A stretch of DNA of 64,000 nucleotides from Chiloscyllium plagiosum (GCF_004010195.1 NC_057720.1:17579558-17643557), one strand, 5' to 3'; shown: positions 37,853 through 52,232, numbered from the stretch's first letter. Notes: generated by a model not told the origin, from the sequence alone. A program made the numbers and translations.

Positions 37853-40800
37853 TTTTTAAATACTTAGATTTTGCCAAAGGAGAATTTTAGTGTTATAAAC
37901 TAAGAACAGAAATGTTGAGCAGATTGGACTATGAGAGGGAGAAAGAGTGTTGACATTTCAGGTTGGTTACCTATCAGCATTGTTGTTTCTCCTCTCTGCA
38001 CAGATTCTGTCTCCGTCTTTCAGGAGTTTCTGATTTTTAAAGTTAGAATTCAGTGTCTGAAATATTTAGGTTTTATTAATATTTCCTGTCTTTCTCTTTT
38101 TGAAAAATACTTCAAACTACTTTTTTGCTAGCTCAAACGTTAAATGCATTTTCTTCTCAGCAAAACTTCTTCTGTTTTGTTGACCAAATCTTCAAATTGA
38201 TTTCGATTCAAAACTTGGCATTTCTGTAATCTGAATAGAAGAGATTTTCTCAATTGGTATGGGGAACAGAATTAAATGACTCCATTGCTTATTTTTGGCT
38301 GGCTTGAGGCTGAAGTTTACCTACTCATTATTTCAGGGGCGTAAGACCTTTAATTGCAGCTCTTTATCAGTCTTTTGCCATATAGTTCTAAAGAGTCCTT
38401 ATCCTTGCCTTTAGCAAAATTACACCCTTGTAACTCAGATCCTCAAGGTCTTTACTTCTCTTAAAGATCCAGCACATGAAACACATTTTATTAATGGATG
38501 TAAAAGGAACAAAGTACCAAATCCAGCCCACATGATTGTGCAACGTAGGATGCATGGGTTCAGTTTCTTCTAGAAATGTTCTGTTGTGAGGGGGAAGATA
38601 AATAGCACACAGTCTTGTGCCAGCTTCATATCGCTAGTGACATTTTTAGCAGAAATTCAGGATAAGCGCAGGACGTGCTTTGTGAGGTATAGACAGTTGT
38701 GTTTTCTGCGCGAATTCGGTTGTGATATACTTTGAAGTACTGCTGACTAACATCTGATTCATCAGTTTTGAGAAAAGCCAGTGGTACAATTTGCTTTTTT
38801 AGTTCAACAAATTTCTGATTTGCCCGTGAATTTTAGAACTGTGTAAAGTGATGGCAAACAATGAGTGAGGGTCCACAGTAGTAATTGTCTTGGCTTTCCC
38901 AGGTTAGTAACTACGCTAATTCTAATTCTTTTAACCCCCACATCCACTGATAGGCAGTTACTCAGTATAGTGTTGTAACAGAATCTGGAAGCATCAAGCA
39001 TTGATTCCAGTGTGGTTGTTTTGTAGTGTTTAACAATTATATTTTGGTGGTTTTTAAGGTGATTTAAGTGAGAGTATTAAGTAAAGCATGGCTACTTTGA
39101 ATAACATTTCCCTTGTCTATTTTCTTGATTTGTATGGAACGGAATGTCACTGCATTTTCCGAGCAATCAATTAATTGTTTTTTTGCCTGTAGTTTTGAAT
39201 TATAACAGAAGCAACCTCAGGAAACTATATAGATAGTTTTAGTGAATTTTATGGGGAAGTGACTTCTGTTTTAGAGTCCTTTTACATTAAAGTTTTAAAA
39301 TGTAGTTGTGAGTATAATCTCTAGCAGTGTTTCAAACTGGCTGTGAAAGGCTTGTTATTTCTACGCAGTAGGCAGTGTGTTTATTTGAGTGAGCTTACTT
39401 TGTACAGCTTTGTTCTGAGTTATGTTTCATCATGTCATTCAAAGTTGAAACACAATTGGCTTTGCAGCTGGCAGTGAAAAAGCATTTACTTCAATAACTG
39501 AGCAGGCAGATTCTTTAATACCTGACTTTCATTTGATATACTTTTCAAACTATAAGACAAGGTTAACTCGGCAACCCAATACAACGTCATGGATTTCTTT
39601 TAATGTGATAATCGGTCTGAACACAGTCCACAGGAGGTCCTTTTAATTGCTACTTGCATATCTTAGTTGAGAAGCCTCATCACCTGTCCATTTTAATGTT
39701 GGATCCTAAAGTGTTATGTTAAAATGAGGTTGGGGCGGACAGCTTCCATAATCTGGAAATGTATGATGTAGTACAATTAGGTGCAGGTTGAATATATGTC
39801 TTCAATTTATTATGATAACTTCACACTATTGTGGAGGAATTGCCAGAACAGGCTGGTAATCTGTGGCCGCCTACTTTGGCCTTGCATTGTTTCAGTATCT
39901 GCTTGTGTCCCAGTCAAAGAGCTTCTACATCATCCTATGGAGTCAAGGATGGGGGAAGAAATCATAATGGTGGGTTAGTCTGATAAGGCAATCATTGGGT
40001 TTGTAAACCTGTTTACAGCAGAGGACACTGTGGTTTCCGAGGGGTGCTTGGCTTAACCCAGGGTGGCTCATAGTGTTTTTAGTTGTGGGCATAAAGGTGA
40101 AAGGTATTTTACTGAACTGTTTGTTGAGTGAGGGGTTGTATCCATGGCCCAGTCCCAGTCCCAATCACAAGAAGTAATAAAGGTGTGGGGAGAAAGCAGG
40201 AATAGGGCATTGAGTTGGATGATCAGCCACAATCATGTTGAATGGTAGAACAGGCTCTAAGAGTTGAATGGCTTATTCCTATTTCCTTGTTTAATAGGGA
40301 GGGTGGTGGTGGGGTTCTGGATAGAGTGATCAGGGAGATGTTTCCACTAGTAGGAGAGAATACGTCCCAAGAGCACAGCGTCTGTGAAGAAACAATCTTT
40401 AAAACTGAGATAGTGAGGAATTTATTCAGTTAGAAGGTAGTTAATCTGTGGAACTCATTGTTGCAGAGTGTAGAGGCATACTAATTGACTGTATTTAAGA
40501 CAACGGTAGGTTCTTTATTAGTAAAGGGATCAAGGGTTACTGGGAGAAGGCAGGAGAATGGGGTTGAGAAACACCAGCTATGATCGAATAACAGCAGACT
40601 TGATGGGCTAAATGGACTAATTCTGCTCCTATCTCTTGTGGTCACGCTAAGTGGATTTGAGGTTTATGTCAGATCAGGAATCAAATTGAATGTCATATAT
40701 AGAGGAGGGTTTACTGAGTGTAGAAGATTTGGTAATAAAATAAAGGTGAGCAGATTTGTTTACACTAAGTATGAGTTGGCACCGTATTAGTTACTTGTTA

Positions 40801-41543
40801 AAAATTCCACGTATCCATGAAAAACAGTTTGAACACTAAACCACCTCCTGAGAGGCAATCTAATTATAGCTGCCTCAGTGTAACTGTTGGAGGAATGCTG
40901 TGCAGATTTATTTCTTGTTAATCTTAATCTTGTAAAGTCTATAATTTTGGAGTATTCTAACTCTCCGTAAATTAAACAATTGAGCTATGTTTGTTCTCTT
41001 GCCTGTTTCTTTTGAGGTAAGTGGAAGGAGCCAAACTTTGAGCCTGATGTTTTATGGCTAAATAAGATTTAATTAAAGATTCCACTGCCTGCCTTATGAT
41101 TCAGAAAGAAGAAACTCCATGTAAATATTAAATGTCATGGTATTTGTAGAATCCTGTAGCATTAAAGAGGCCATCCCATATGTTTCAGCTCTTTAAAAGC
41201 TGAACAATTTAGTCTGACTCCGTAGCTTCCCCAGTTCACCCCTCAAATGTTATCTGCCCATCTGACACTTTCATCTTCCCTTTTGGTTTTTAATCTTTAG
41301 GAATGGGAGAAGACCATTCAACTCCCTGTTGACCCTGCCCTATCATTCAGTATGATCATGGCCAATCAAACACTTCCGTGCCTTTTACTGACCCCATTCC
41401 CATAACCTTGTAAGCTATTAGTAATCAAAAAGCTATCAATGTCTACCTTTTAATGATACTCAAAGACTGAGCTTCCATAGACCTCTGTGGTAGAGAATTC
41501 CAAAGATTAGCAACACTGATTAAAAACATTTCCTCCTCAACTT

Positions 41544-41751
41544 GGGCGGCACGGTGGCACAGTGGTTAGCACTGCTGCCTCACANNNNNNNNNNNNNNNN
41601 NNNNNNNNNNNNNNNNNNNNNNNNNNNNNNNNNNNNNNNNNNNNNNNNNNNNNNNNNNNNNNNNNNNNNNNNNNNNNNNNNNNNNNNNNNNNNNNGTGTG
41701 GACTTGTTGGGCCGAAGGGCCTGTTTCCACACTGTAATGTAATCTAATCTA
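41544..41751 (+). mobile_element. HE1-type SINE containing an N gap (41585-41695)
   Basis: Head gggcggcacggtggcacagtgg, taatc tail, aactt duplication. Confidence 0.85.
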
Positions 41752-41829
41752 AACTTGGACCCAAGAGCCATCTTCAGTTTGTGACCCCTGGTTCTAAACT
41801 AGGGTGTTTGGTGTTTGAAATAATTACAA

Positions 41830-43030
41830 TAAAACAACACATGGACCAAATAAGGGGTGGCACAGTGGTTAGCACTGCTGCCTCACAGCGCCAGACACCC
41901 GGGTTCAATTTCCGCCTCAGGCAACTCTCTGTGGAGTTTGCACATTCTCCCTGTGTCTGCGTGGGTTTCCTCCGGGTGCTCCGGTTTCCCATAGTCCAAA
42001 AATGTACAAGTTAGGTGAATTGGCCATGCTAAATTGCCCATAGTGTTCAGTGAAGGGGTAAATGTAGGGGAATGGGTCTGGGTGGGTTGCTCTTCAGAGG
42101 GTCACTGTGGACTTGTTGGGCCGAAGGGCCTGTTTCCACACTGTAAGTAATCTAATCTAATCAAATATTGAACTACAGAAGGAATCATCCCAACATCTAT
42201 AAACTAAGCAGCATCAGACTGTTATTTCAATGAGCCACCACACACTGCAGCACAGAGGCACTACGCAGAGCAGAGGAAAGCGTATTCAAAATGAACGGGT
42301 ACCCAATGAATACAGTCTGCCGATTTCTCGGCAACAAACCCAAACAAGCAGACAAATCGCGTCCAGAAACTCTAGCCACTCTCCCCTCACCTCAAAGACC
42401 TCTTGGAAATGACTGCCAGACTACTCAGACCCCTTGGCATCACAGTAGCCCACAAACCCACCTACACACGAAAACAGCAGCTAATGAACTTGGAAGACCC
42501 TATACAGACAACGAGCAAAACTAATGTCATTTTCAAAATACCATGCAAGGACTTAACAAACACTACATTGGACAAACAGGCAGAAAACTTGCCACCAGAA
42601 TACATGAACATCAACTAGCCACAAAATGACATGACCCCCTCTCACTAGTATCCTTACATACAAATGAGGAAGGACACCACTTTGACTGGGACAACACATC
42701 CATCCTAGGATAAGCCAAACTGAGACATAGACAAGGATTCCTAGAAGCATGGCATTCCAACTGGAACTCTATCAACAAACATTGACTTGGATCCCATTTA
42801 CCACCCCCTGAGAAAAAGAACAGGAAATGATATCACCATAGGAAATGATGTCACCACAGGAAATTACATCACCAACCCAAGGAAACAAACCTAGAAAGCA
42901 GGAAACACCAGTAGTGCTTCGTCTGGAGGCTCACTGAACATGTTACCTAGTATGGTGCCAAAACATCTGAAAATGAACCTTCCAGCTCAGCTTGCAAACA
43001 TACATCCAGAACCTCAACCTGAGCTACAAA
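41830..43030 (+). mobile_element. Penelope-like element 3' part (family A) with nested HE1 SINE
   Basis: MTARLLRPLGITVAHKP, NVIFKIPCKD; degenerate hammerhead at about 42931-42970. Confidence 0.88.
41853..42161 (+). mobile_element. HE1-type SINE inserted in PLE
   Basis: TSD caaata at 41847-41852 and 42162-42167. Confidence 0.88.
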
Positions 43031-44133
43031 TAGACAATAGGTGCAGGAGTAGGCCATTCTGCTCTTCGAGTCTGCACCACCATTCAATGTGATCATGGCT
43101 GATCATCCTTAATCAGTATCCTTTTCCTGCCTTATCTCCATAACCCTTGATTCCACTATCCTTGAGAGCTCTATCCAACACTTTCTTAAATGAATCCAGA
43201 GACTGGGCCTCCACTGCCCTCTCGGGCCGAGCATACCACACAGCCATCACTCTCTGGGTGAAGAAGTTTCTCCTCATCTCTATCCTAAATGATTCCACTA
43301 TCCTTGAGAGCTCTATCCAACTCTTTTCTTAAATGAATCCAGAGACTGGGCCTCCACTGCCCTCTCGGGCAGAGCATACCACACAGTCATCACTCTCTGG
43401 GTGAAGAAGTTTCTCCTCATCTCTGTCCTAAATGGTCTACCTCGTATTTTTAAGCTGTCCTCTGGTTCAGCACTCACCCATCAGCGGAAACATGTTTCCT
43501 GCCTCCAGAGTGTCCAATCCTTTAATAATCTTATATGTCTCAATCAGATCCCCTCTCAGTCTTCTAAACTCCAGGGTATACAAGCGCAGTCGCTCCAGTC
43601 TGTCAGCGTAAGGTAGTCCCGCCATTCCGGGAATTGACCTCATGAACCTACGCTGCACTCCCTCAATAGCCAGAATGTCTTTCCTCAAATTTGGAGACCA
43701 GAACTGCACACAGTACTCCAGGTGTGGTCTCACCAGGGCCCTGTACAGCTGCAGAAGAACCTCTTTGCTTCTATACTCAATCCCTCTTGTTATGAAGGCC
43801 AGCATGCTATTAGCCTTCACTACCTGTTGTACCTGCATGCTTACCTTCGTTGACTGGTGTACAAGAACACCCAGATCTCTTTGTACTGCCCCTTTACTAA
43901 ATTGATTCCCTTTAGGTAGTAATCTGCCTTCCTGTTCTTGCCACCAAAGTGGATAACCATACATTTATCCACATTAAACTGCATCTGACCACTCTCCTAA
44001 CCTGTCCAGGTCACCCTGTAATCTCCTAACATCCTCCTCACATTTCACCCTGCCACCCAGCTTTGTATCATCAGCAAATTTGCCAATGTTATTACTAATA
44101 CCATCTTCTATATCATTATTATATATTGTAAAA
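43031..44133 (-). mobile_element. Young CR1 LINE 3' part with internal 142-bp tandem duplication
   Basis: [26 protein letters not shown]; same subfamily as 27184-28652. Confidence 0.9.
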
Positions 44134-44234
44134 ACTTTGCCACAGATGCTGTCAGACCTGCTCAGCTTTTCCAGCAATGTTTATTCAGCTTCTGCAGTTC
44201 TTTCAGTCTTTATTTAGTACAAAAGATAAGGCTC

Positions 44235-45522
44235 AAGTATTCACAGCAATCTTCAGCAAGAAGTGACCTGTGGATGATCCATCTCAATCTCTTCCAGTGG
44301 ACCCCAGATCACAGATAACAGTCTTCAGCCAATTCAATTCACTCCATGTGATATTAAGAAACATTGGATACTGCAAAGGCATCGAGCCCTGACAACATTC
44401 CGGCAATGAGATTGAGAACTTGTGCTACAGATCTTGCAGCTCCCCTAACCACGCTCTTCCAGTATAGTTACAAGTCGAAAAATGTGGCGCTGGAAGAACA
44501 CAGCAGGTCAGGCAGCATCTGAGAAGCAGGAGAATTGACGTTTCAGGCGTAAGCCCTTCATCGGGATGATGGGCTTATGCCCAAAATGTCGATTCTCCTG
44601 GTCCTCGAATGCTGCCTCACACGTTGTGTTCTTCCAGCACCACAAGTTTTGACTCTGATCTCCAGCATCTGCAGTCCTCACTTTTTCCCAGTAGAGTTAC
44701 AACACTGGCATCCACCCAACAATGTGGAAAATTGCTCATGTATGCCCTGTACACAAAAAGCAAGAGAAATCCAACCTGGCCAATTATTGCTCCATCAGAC
44801 TACTCTTGACTGTCAATAAAATGATGGAAAGCTTCATCAACAGTGCTATCAAGCATCAACCACTTAGCAATAACCTGCTCCGTGATGCCCAGTTCGGGTT
44901 CTACTAGTCCACTCAGCTCCTGACTTCATTACAGCCAAACATGGAAAAAGAAACAGTTGAATTCCTGAGGTGAGAGTGACAGCCCTTGATATCAAGGCTG
45001 CATTTAATGAGTGTGGCATCAAGGAGCCCTAGGAAAACCGGAATCAGTGGGTATCGGGGGAAAACTGTGGTTGAAGTCATATCTGGCACGTAGAAGGAAG
45101 GTTGTGGTTATTAGAGGTCAGTTATCTCATCTCCAGGACATCTCTACAGGAGTTCCTCAGGGTGGTTCCTCGGCCCAACCACCTTCAGATGCTTTGTAAA
45201 TGATCTTCCATCGATCATGTAGTCAGAAATGGGATGTTTGTGCAATGTTCAGCACCATCTGCAGTTCTTCAGATCCTGAAGCAGTCCATGTTCAAATGCA
45301 ACAAGATCTGGGCAGTATCTAGGCTTGGGCTGACAAGTGGCAAGTAACATTCGCACCACATAAATTCCTGGCATAGCCATCTCCAATAATAAACAATCTA
45401 ACCACCATCCCTTGACTTTCAGTGGCATTGCCACCACTGAGTTTCCCCACTATCAACATTCTGGGGATTACCATCGACTAGAAACTCAACTAGACTCACC
45501 ATCAGAACACAGTAGCTACAAG
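44235..45522 (+). mobile_element. Second non-LTR LINE family, RT fragment
   Basis: MWKIAHVCPVHKK..SNLANY, AQFGF, GVPQG; interrupted by fold-back element. Confidence 0.8.
44474..44687. mobile_element. Fold-back family-B mini-element
   Basis: Inverted arms centred near 44565; 15-bp TSD ccagta(t/g)agttacaa at 44459-44473 and 44688-44702. Confidence 0.85.
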
Positions 45523-46756
45523 CTAAAGCAATGATCCTAAAACAAAGCCCTGGGCTTTTTGTGTACTTCACTTTTCTGCCTTGTAATCACTACTGTTTGC
45601 CTTCTACCTCTTACTTGATTTTGTGCCCAACTTGGATATTGAAAAATAGTATTTTATCAAATTACTTTGAAAAGACAAATACAAGTCTTCTGGACTATCT
45701 TTATTAACCCTTCCTGTTGCGTCATGAAACAAAACGGAGTTGATATAATTTGTCTTTAACCTATTTGTGCTTGTATTTCTTGGTTAACTCGTGCCTTTGA
45801 GTGATGATTAATTTTGTCTTTGACAAGGCACACAAGTACGTTTTCCCACCATTGATGTTTGACACGCCTGGAGTTGACAGATTTAGCCCCCACCTTCAAA
45901 AATATGTAATATTTGCAAACTTCAATCTCATGCCATGCTCCCATGAGTACAGGATTGAAAGATTGTGGTTGGTGTTTTGTTTCCCTCAGCAAGCCAGAAT
46001 GCACCCCATCAGGACTTTGTTATATTTTGAGTAACGCCAATTTATTTAACTTTTCTGTATATAGTATTTTTTGTTCTATCCAATAATGTAAACCACCAAT
46101 AATTTAATTGTTAATTTTTAATTTGACGGATCAAATTATTCACTCAGTATCTTGGTCATATTTTCTACCTCTACAGTATGCTTTCCTTTTTGTTTCTGAT
46201 CAACCTCTCATTCCTTTCAAATGAATCCTACTTCTTTTATATATTTGTCCTGGATTCTGCATTTGTTTTTATACTTTCCACAAACATTTTTCATACACTT
46301 TGCCCTCTGTGTCATTTTCAGCTTCTCCCTGCAAATTCTGTATCTGCCTGGTTTTCGACTTGCCTTCCTTTTCTGTAATTTTATTTTTATAATTATCCCT
46401 GTATTTAGGGAGTTCTAGGTTTGGGTGACCTACTTTTTTGCCACCTTATGGGAATGTGCTTGGTTTTAAATTGCTTTCAATTCCTTCTTAAAGGCCTGGC
46501 ATTGCTTGTTTGCTCGTCTCCTGACCAGTCTGTCTTTGCAGTCCACATGTGCCAGCTTCATTTGTGTATTACCAAAATAGATTTCTATTTTAGTGAAATG
46601 TTTTCACTTTTTTCATAACAACTTAAATATAATAATAATATAATATCATAAACCAGATATTCTCCCACTGCAACGCGAGTTACCTTGCTTTACTCTCCAG
46701 AACTAAATCTGTTATGGCTTTAAGGAAATATGATTTAAGGAAATATGTTAGGAATT

Positions 46757-48883
46757 GGTGAGTTTTGAGAGGATTTGTAGCTCAGGTTGAGGTTCTGGAT
46801 GTAGGTTTGCTCACTGAACCGGAAGGTTTGGTTTCAGACGTTTCGTCACCATAATAGGTAACATCAGTGAGCCTCCAGATGAAGCACTGGTGATATGGCC
46901 TGCTTTTTATTTGTGTTTGGGTTTCCTTGGGTTGGTGATGTCATTTCCTGTGATATCATTTCCTGTTGTTTTTCTCGGGGGTGGTAAATGGGATTGAAAT
47001 CCATGTGTTTGTTGAGAGTTCTGATTGGAATGCCATGCTTCTAGGAATTCTCGCGCATGTCTCTGTTTGGCTTGTCCTAGGATGCATATGTTGTCCCAGT
47101 CCAAGTGATGTTCTTCCTCATCTGTATGTAAAGATACTCATGAGAGTGGGTCATGTCTTTTTGTGGCTAGTTGATGTTCATGTATCCTGGTGGCTGGTTT
47201 TCTGCCTGTTTGACCAGTGTAGTGTTTGTTACAGTCCTTGCAAGGTATTGTGTAAATGACATTGGTTTTGCTTGTTGTCTGTATAGGGTCTTTCAAGTTC
47301 ATTAGCTGCAGTTTTAGTGTGTTGGTGGGTTTGTGGGCTACTGTGATGCCAAGGGGTCTGTGTAGTCTGGCAGTCATTTCCAAGATGTCTTTGATGTTGG
47401 GGGAGTGGCTAGGGCTTCTGGACATGTTTAGACTGTTTGTTGAGTACCCATTCTTTTTGAATGCAATGCATAGGTGATTTTCCTCTGCTCTGCATAGTTC
47501 CTCTGTGCTGCAACATGTGTGGTGGCTCATTAAAATGTTCTGATGCAGCTTCTTTTGTGGATGTTGGGATGATTGCTTTTGTAGTTCAGTATTTGGTCCG
47601 TATGTATTTTTTTTCCCAGTAGACGCTAGTTTGAAGTTCCCCATTGGCTGTTTGCTCTACTGCAACATCTAGGAATGGCAGTTTGTTGTTGTTTTCCTCC
47701 TCTTTAGTGAATTTTATGCCATTAAGGGTGTTATTGATTATCTTGAAGGTTGCCTCTAATTTGTTTAGTTTTGTGATGGCAAAGGTGTCATCCACGTAGC
47801 AGACCCAAAATTTTGGTTGGATGGTTGGCAGAGCTGTTTGTTCAAGTCTCTGCATTATTGCCTCTGCTAAGAACCCTGATATCAGAGATCCCCTGTGTTC
47901 CGTTGGTTTGTCTGTTGAAGGAAACCTTCAAGACCATCAATGCCCTTTACTGGCATAAAATTTACTAAAGTGGAGGAAAACAACAACAAATTGCCATTCC
48001 CAAAACAGCCAATGGGGAACTTCAAACCAGTGTCTACAGGAAAATAGTGCATATGAACCAAATACTGAACTACAGAAGCAATCATCTTAACACCCACAAA
48101 CAATGCTGCACTAGAACATTATTTCAATGAGCCGCCACATACTGCAGCACAGAGGAACTACGCAGAGCAGAGGAAAATCACCTATTCAGTGTATTCAAAA
48201 AGAACAGGTACCCAATGAACACAGTCTGTCGATTTCTGAGCAACAAACCCAAACAAACAGACAAAACCCGTCCAGAAACCGTAGCTACTCCCCCCACATC
48301 AAAGACATCTCAGAAATGACTCCCACACTACTTGGACCTCTTGGCATCACAGTAGCCCACAAACCCACCAACACACTAAAACAGCAGCAAATGAACTTGA
48401 AAGACCCCATACAGACAACAAGCAAAACTAATGTCATTTACGAAATACCGTGCAAGGACTATAACAAACACTACATTGGACAAACAGGCAGAAACCTAGC
48501 TACCAGAATATATGAACATCAACTAGCCACAAAAAGACGTGACCCACTCTCACTAGTATCCTTACATACATATGGGGAAGGACACCACTCTGACTGGGAC
48601 AACACACTCATCCTAGGACAAGCCAAACAGACATGTGAGAATTCCTAGAAGCATAGCATTCCAACTGGAACTCTATCAACAAGCACATTGACCTGGATCC
48701 CATTTACCACCCCCTGAGAAAAAGAATAGGAAATGATGTCACCAACCCAAGGGAACCTAAACACAAATAAAAAGCAGGCCATGCCACCAGTGCTTCATCC
48801 AGAGGCTTACTGATAATGTTAGCTAGTATGGTGGCGAAACCTCTGAAATTGAACCTTCCATCTCAGCGAGCAAACCTACATCC
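46757..48883. mobile_element. Head-to-head inverted Penelope-like insertion (family A): minus arm 46757-about 47880, plus arm about 47915-48883
   Basis: RT motif FWVCYVDDTF...LPFLDV and GIY-YIG remnants; 12-bp TSD atgtt(a/c)ggaatt at 46745-46756 and 48884-48895. Confidence 0.9.
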
Positions 48884-49368
48884 ATGTTCGGAATTTTTTA
48901 TCATTCTTGCCCTTTTTTAAAAAAAAAAAATTATCTAGTCCTTTTTAGGGTTATTAAAGTTGTTATTTGCCAGTGCATTTCCTCCTCTATCTCCTTTTAT
49001 TTGGAGATTGAAAGTAAACACTCAGCAATGTACATTTTTTAAAAATTCCTTAACTCTAACCAACTAGACTTTGGTCTTTGACCTCTCTCTTATATCATCT
49101 TTGTAGCTCTGCAGTCGTTACCCATACGTTGTCATCCTTGTTAGATAAGCAGTGTCTAATTGAGAGAATCTATGTTGAGTTACAATATCACTGTTATATT
49201 AGTTTCCATTCATGCTGATCGTTTGTGGCAATCTTTTAAAAAATATAACCAGATCTATGAAATACAAATTAAATAGAAAAGGTTAAGTGTGAGTTTATTT
49301 TAAAAATAGTGTTGACCACATTGGCCAGCAGTACACATAGATGATTGATGTATGCATTTGACCCTCAG

Positions 49369-49551
49369 AATGTAGATAATGTGGTTTCAGTGCTGATGGA
49401 CAGTGATCGTCTACTGTGGAGCCTTCCTGAGGTGAAATGGGCGGAGCAAGCAATTGCTTTGACCAAAGAACTGCAAGACGAATGCATCAAGTTTATTGTG
49501 CCACGCTTCCTTGAGACAGTCCAAAGTAAAAGCCTCCTCCACCTATTAAAA
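49369..49551 (+). CDS. BTBD8: BTBD8 exon (NVDNVVSVLMDSDRLLWSLPEVKW...LLHLLK)
   Basis: cctcag| ... AAA|gtaaga; 183 nt, phase 0-0; within ORF 49345-49629; matches recalled human LMESDRLIISLPRVKW. Confidence 0.93.
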
Positions 49552-50409
49552 GTAAGATTCACTTTTCATATCTATTCAGCAGTACTTTGTGAAGGTTCTC
49601 ATCATTCGTCAGAGTCCGATTTGAAATAAAGAAGTGGCTTCTCTAGCTCATTGGTGTTAAAGTTAAGAAATTTATGATTGAGAAACTAATGCAAGGTTTT
49701 CTTTAATGTAGTGACTGATGTGGGGGAGGCCATCAACATTGTAGTTAGGTCACTGGGCTAGTAAACCGGGCTAATTCAGTTAATAAATCTGGGATATAAT
49801 ATTAGTCTATGATAGTGACAATGGTAATGTGCACAATATTCCAGGTGCGGCCTCACCAGTGCCATGTATAACTGCAGCAAGAGCAAGACATCCTTGTTCT
49901 TGTACTCAAATCCAGCAGTGCTAACCACTGAGCCACCCTGCCAATTCTTGGGAGAGAGAGTTGGAAATGTACTTCACGTTTTTTGTAACAGAATGATCAT
50001 TACAGGGTATTGTGAAAGGATGAAAGCATTAGGAAACGTGCATTATTTAGCAGAGAGTATGATAGTGCAATCTGTTCCAACAATCTTGTTGCCCAAGTGC
50101 CTTAGCTGCCACCTCCATCCCCTTATTTGTCAAGTCTGCCAATTTTGCAAATAGAGATGAGGTTCTCATTCAATATCTGATCACCTATATTTTAATTTGC
50201 ACCCAGTCCCATTTGCCCTTATCCTTAATGTTCTGTGGCTGCTAGTTAAGCACCGTTTTTTAAAAAAAAATGTTTCTCATGGCTTACACTCTAAGCCTTC
50301 AAGAAAAGCCCCTCTCATCCAATTCTGGTCTCTTGCTCATCTTCTATTTAAATTTGTTCAAATGTTGGTCATTTTGCCTTTAACTTCCAAAACGCTGGCT
50401 TGAACACCA

Positions 50410-50595
50410 TGATTTCCATAGTAAACTTCTCCACCTCTCTCTTTTCCCCTCCACTTAAGATAGTCTTTTAAAATCTCTTTTGATCAAGCATTTGATTAGT
50501 TTGTCTTTCTTTGAGTCAGCCTTTGTGGCTGGTGTCCAATTTTGTTGAGTATGCTCCTAAGAAGCACTGTGGAAAGTTTTACTGTGTTAAATGAT
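50410..50595 (+). mobile_element. L2-like LINE 3' end remnant
   Basis: tttaaaatctcttttgatcaagcatttg...gctcctaagaagcac...tgttaaa. Confidence 0.45.
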
Positions 50596-52232
50596 GGAGC
50601 GAATGATCTACTTTTGTTCTACTTTCTATGTTTTATGTTTCTGTTAGACAATATAGAAACATGTCTGTAATGATATCATGGCAAAGTGGTCAGACTTGCC
50701 TCATTTGTGGTCTGTTCTCTCAGATCTGAGATGGACAAGCTTATGCTGTAGTTCTTCTGAAGCAAGCAGTCAATTTCATTAGCATGGCGATTAATTTTGC
50801 TGCCAGAAGTCTGAGGCAGGCTTTGGAATGCTGCCTATCCTTTACAATTGCCCTGTTCCCATTTTATTTGACGTTGAATGTTATGTTGAACACAATAGTG
50901 ATGCATACAGTGATTAAAAATACAGGAAAATGCTTTGGTTTTGATTTACAGCTCAGATTCTGCTTTCAAAAATCTGATTGACATCAGACATCTACCTTCC
51001 TGACAGCCAGACCTGATCTCCCTCACTGGCATAGTGCGAAATGTTTGCATGTGCATGTTTTGGCAGCTAACAGATGGATACAGGACTCATGCAGACAAAC
51101 TGCTCAACTTACTGCAGCAACTGTTTTACCTTGTATTTCACATTGGTATGAATGTAATGAAAATACAAGTACAGTCATACTCCAGTATTGTGTTCTGTTG
51201 CTTGGAAAAGAATGAGAAATGCAGAGAGAACACCCTTTTAAAGACCAAAAAGGGAAGCCAACAAGAGGTTCTTAATCATGTTTATAAAACAATTAATGAT
51301 GCAGAATACATAAAGTTCAATATTATGTAGGATGGAAGGATGTGCTTTTGCAGCCAAGATCCCTGATGTAAGGAGTTGTTAATCTTGATGCTAAGGCAAT
51401 GAACAAAAACCAAGCATTTCCCCAGAAAAATGTGAAGTGCACAAGTGTCTAGCTAGTGCTGCAAATGTGTTGGTAGCAGATTTGGGAGCAGGTCATCTCT
51501 TTACATATTGATCAGGCAAGGTACAGAAAGGAAGGAAGAGGAAGAAAAAATAATTGAAACATTTTCTCACTCTTGTGCAACATTCAAGGTTTTCCTTCTT
51601 CCACCAAAAATGCAAATGACTGAGGCTGCTAAAAATAAATCCTGCTTAGTTTCAGATGTCATGGCTCAAAAGCTTGCCTATTTGAACTGCAACTGCCTTT
51701 CATTTATTATTCAACTGTAATTCCATGACTTTGGGAGTGTTTTAATAATTGGAACTAAATTTAATGCAGTCCTTTCTGCTTGCATATGTAAATTAATGCA
51801 AGAGGTCTGGACCTAGTTTAACCTCCTTGTGTGGAATTGCTTGGTCTGAATGATGGATATTTGTATTAAATGATAAGAATGTGAAGTAGCTGATCTATTT
51901 TGAGACTCATCTGTTGCATTGGCACATACTATGGTATCTGTCATATATGCCAGGCTACAAATGCAGCTGTCATGGAAAACAGGTTGCCTTTGTTTCAAGA
52001 ACCCTTTGGGGCTAAGTGCACTGGAAATGGAATAAATGAGAGCACCTGCTAAATGTGCTCACTAATCCTCAAGTAATAAATAGGCTGAATATTTGGAGTC
52101 TACAAATTCATTTCTTAAGCTATTGGATTTTTTTTGTAAATTAAACTTTTTTCATGAATATGGGAATAAATTAAAGGTGGCCTCCATTTATTTTCGAAAA
52201 TGCCAACTATAAAAAAAAATTCGATTTTCCAG

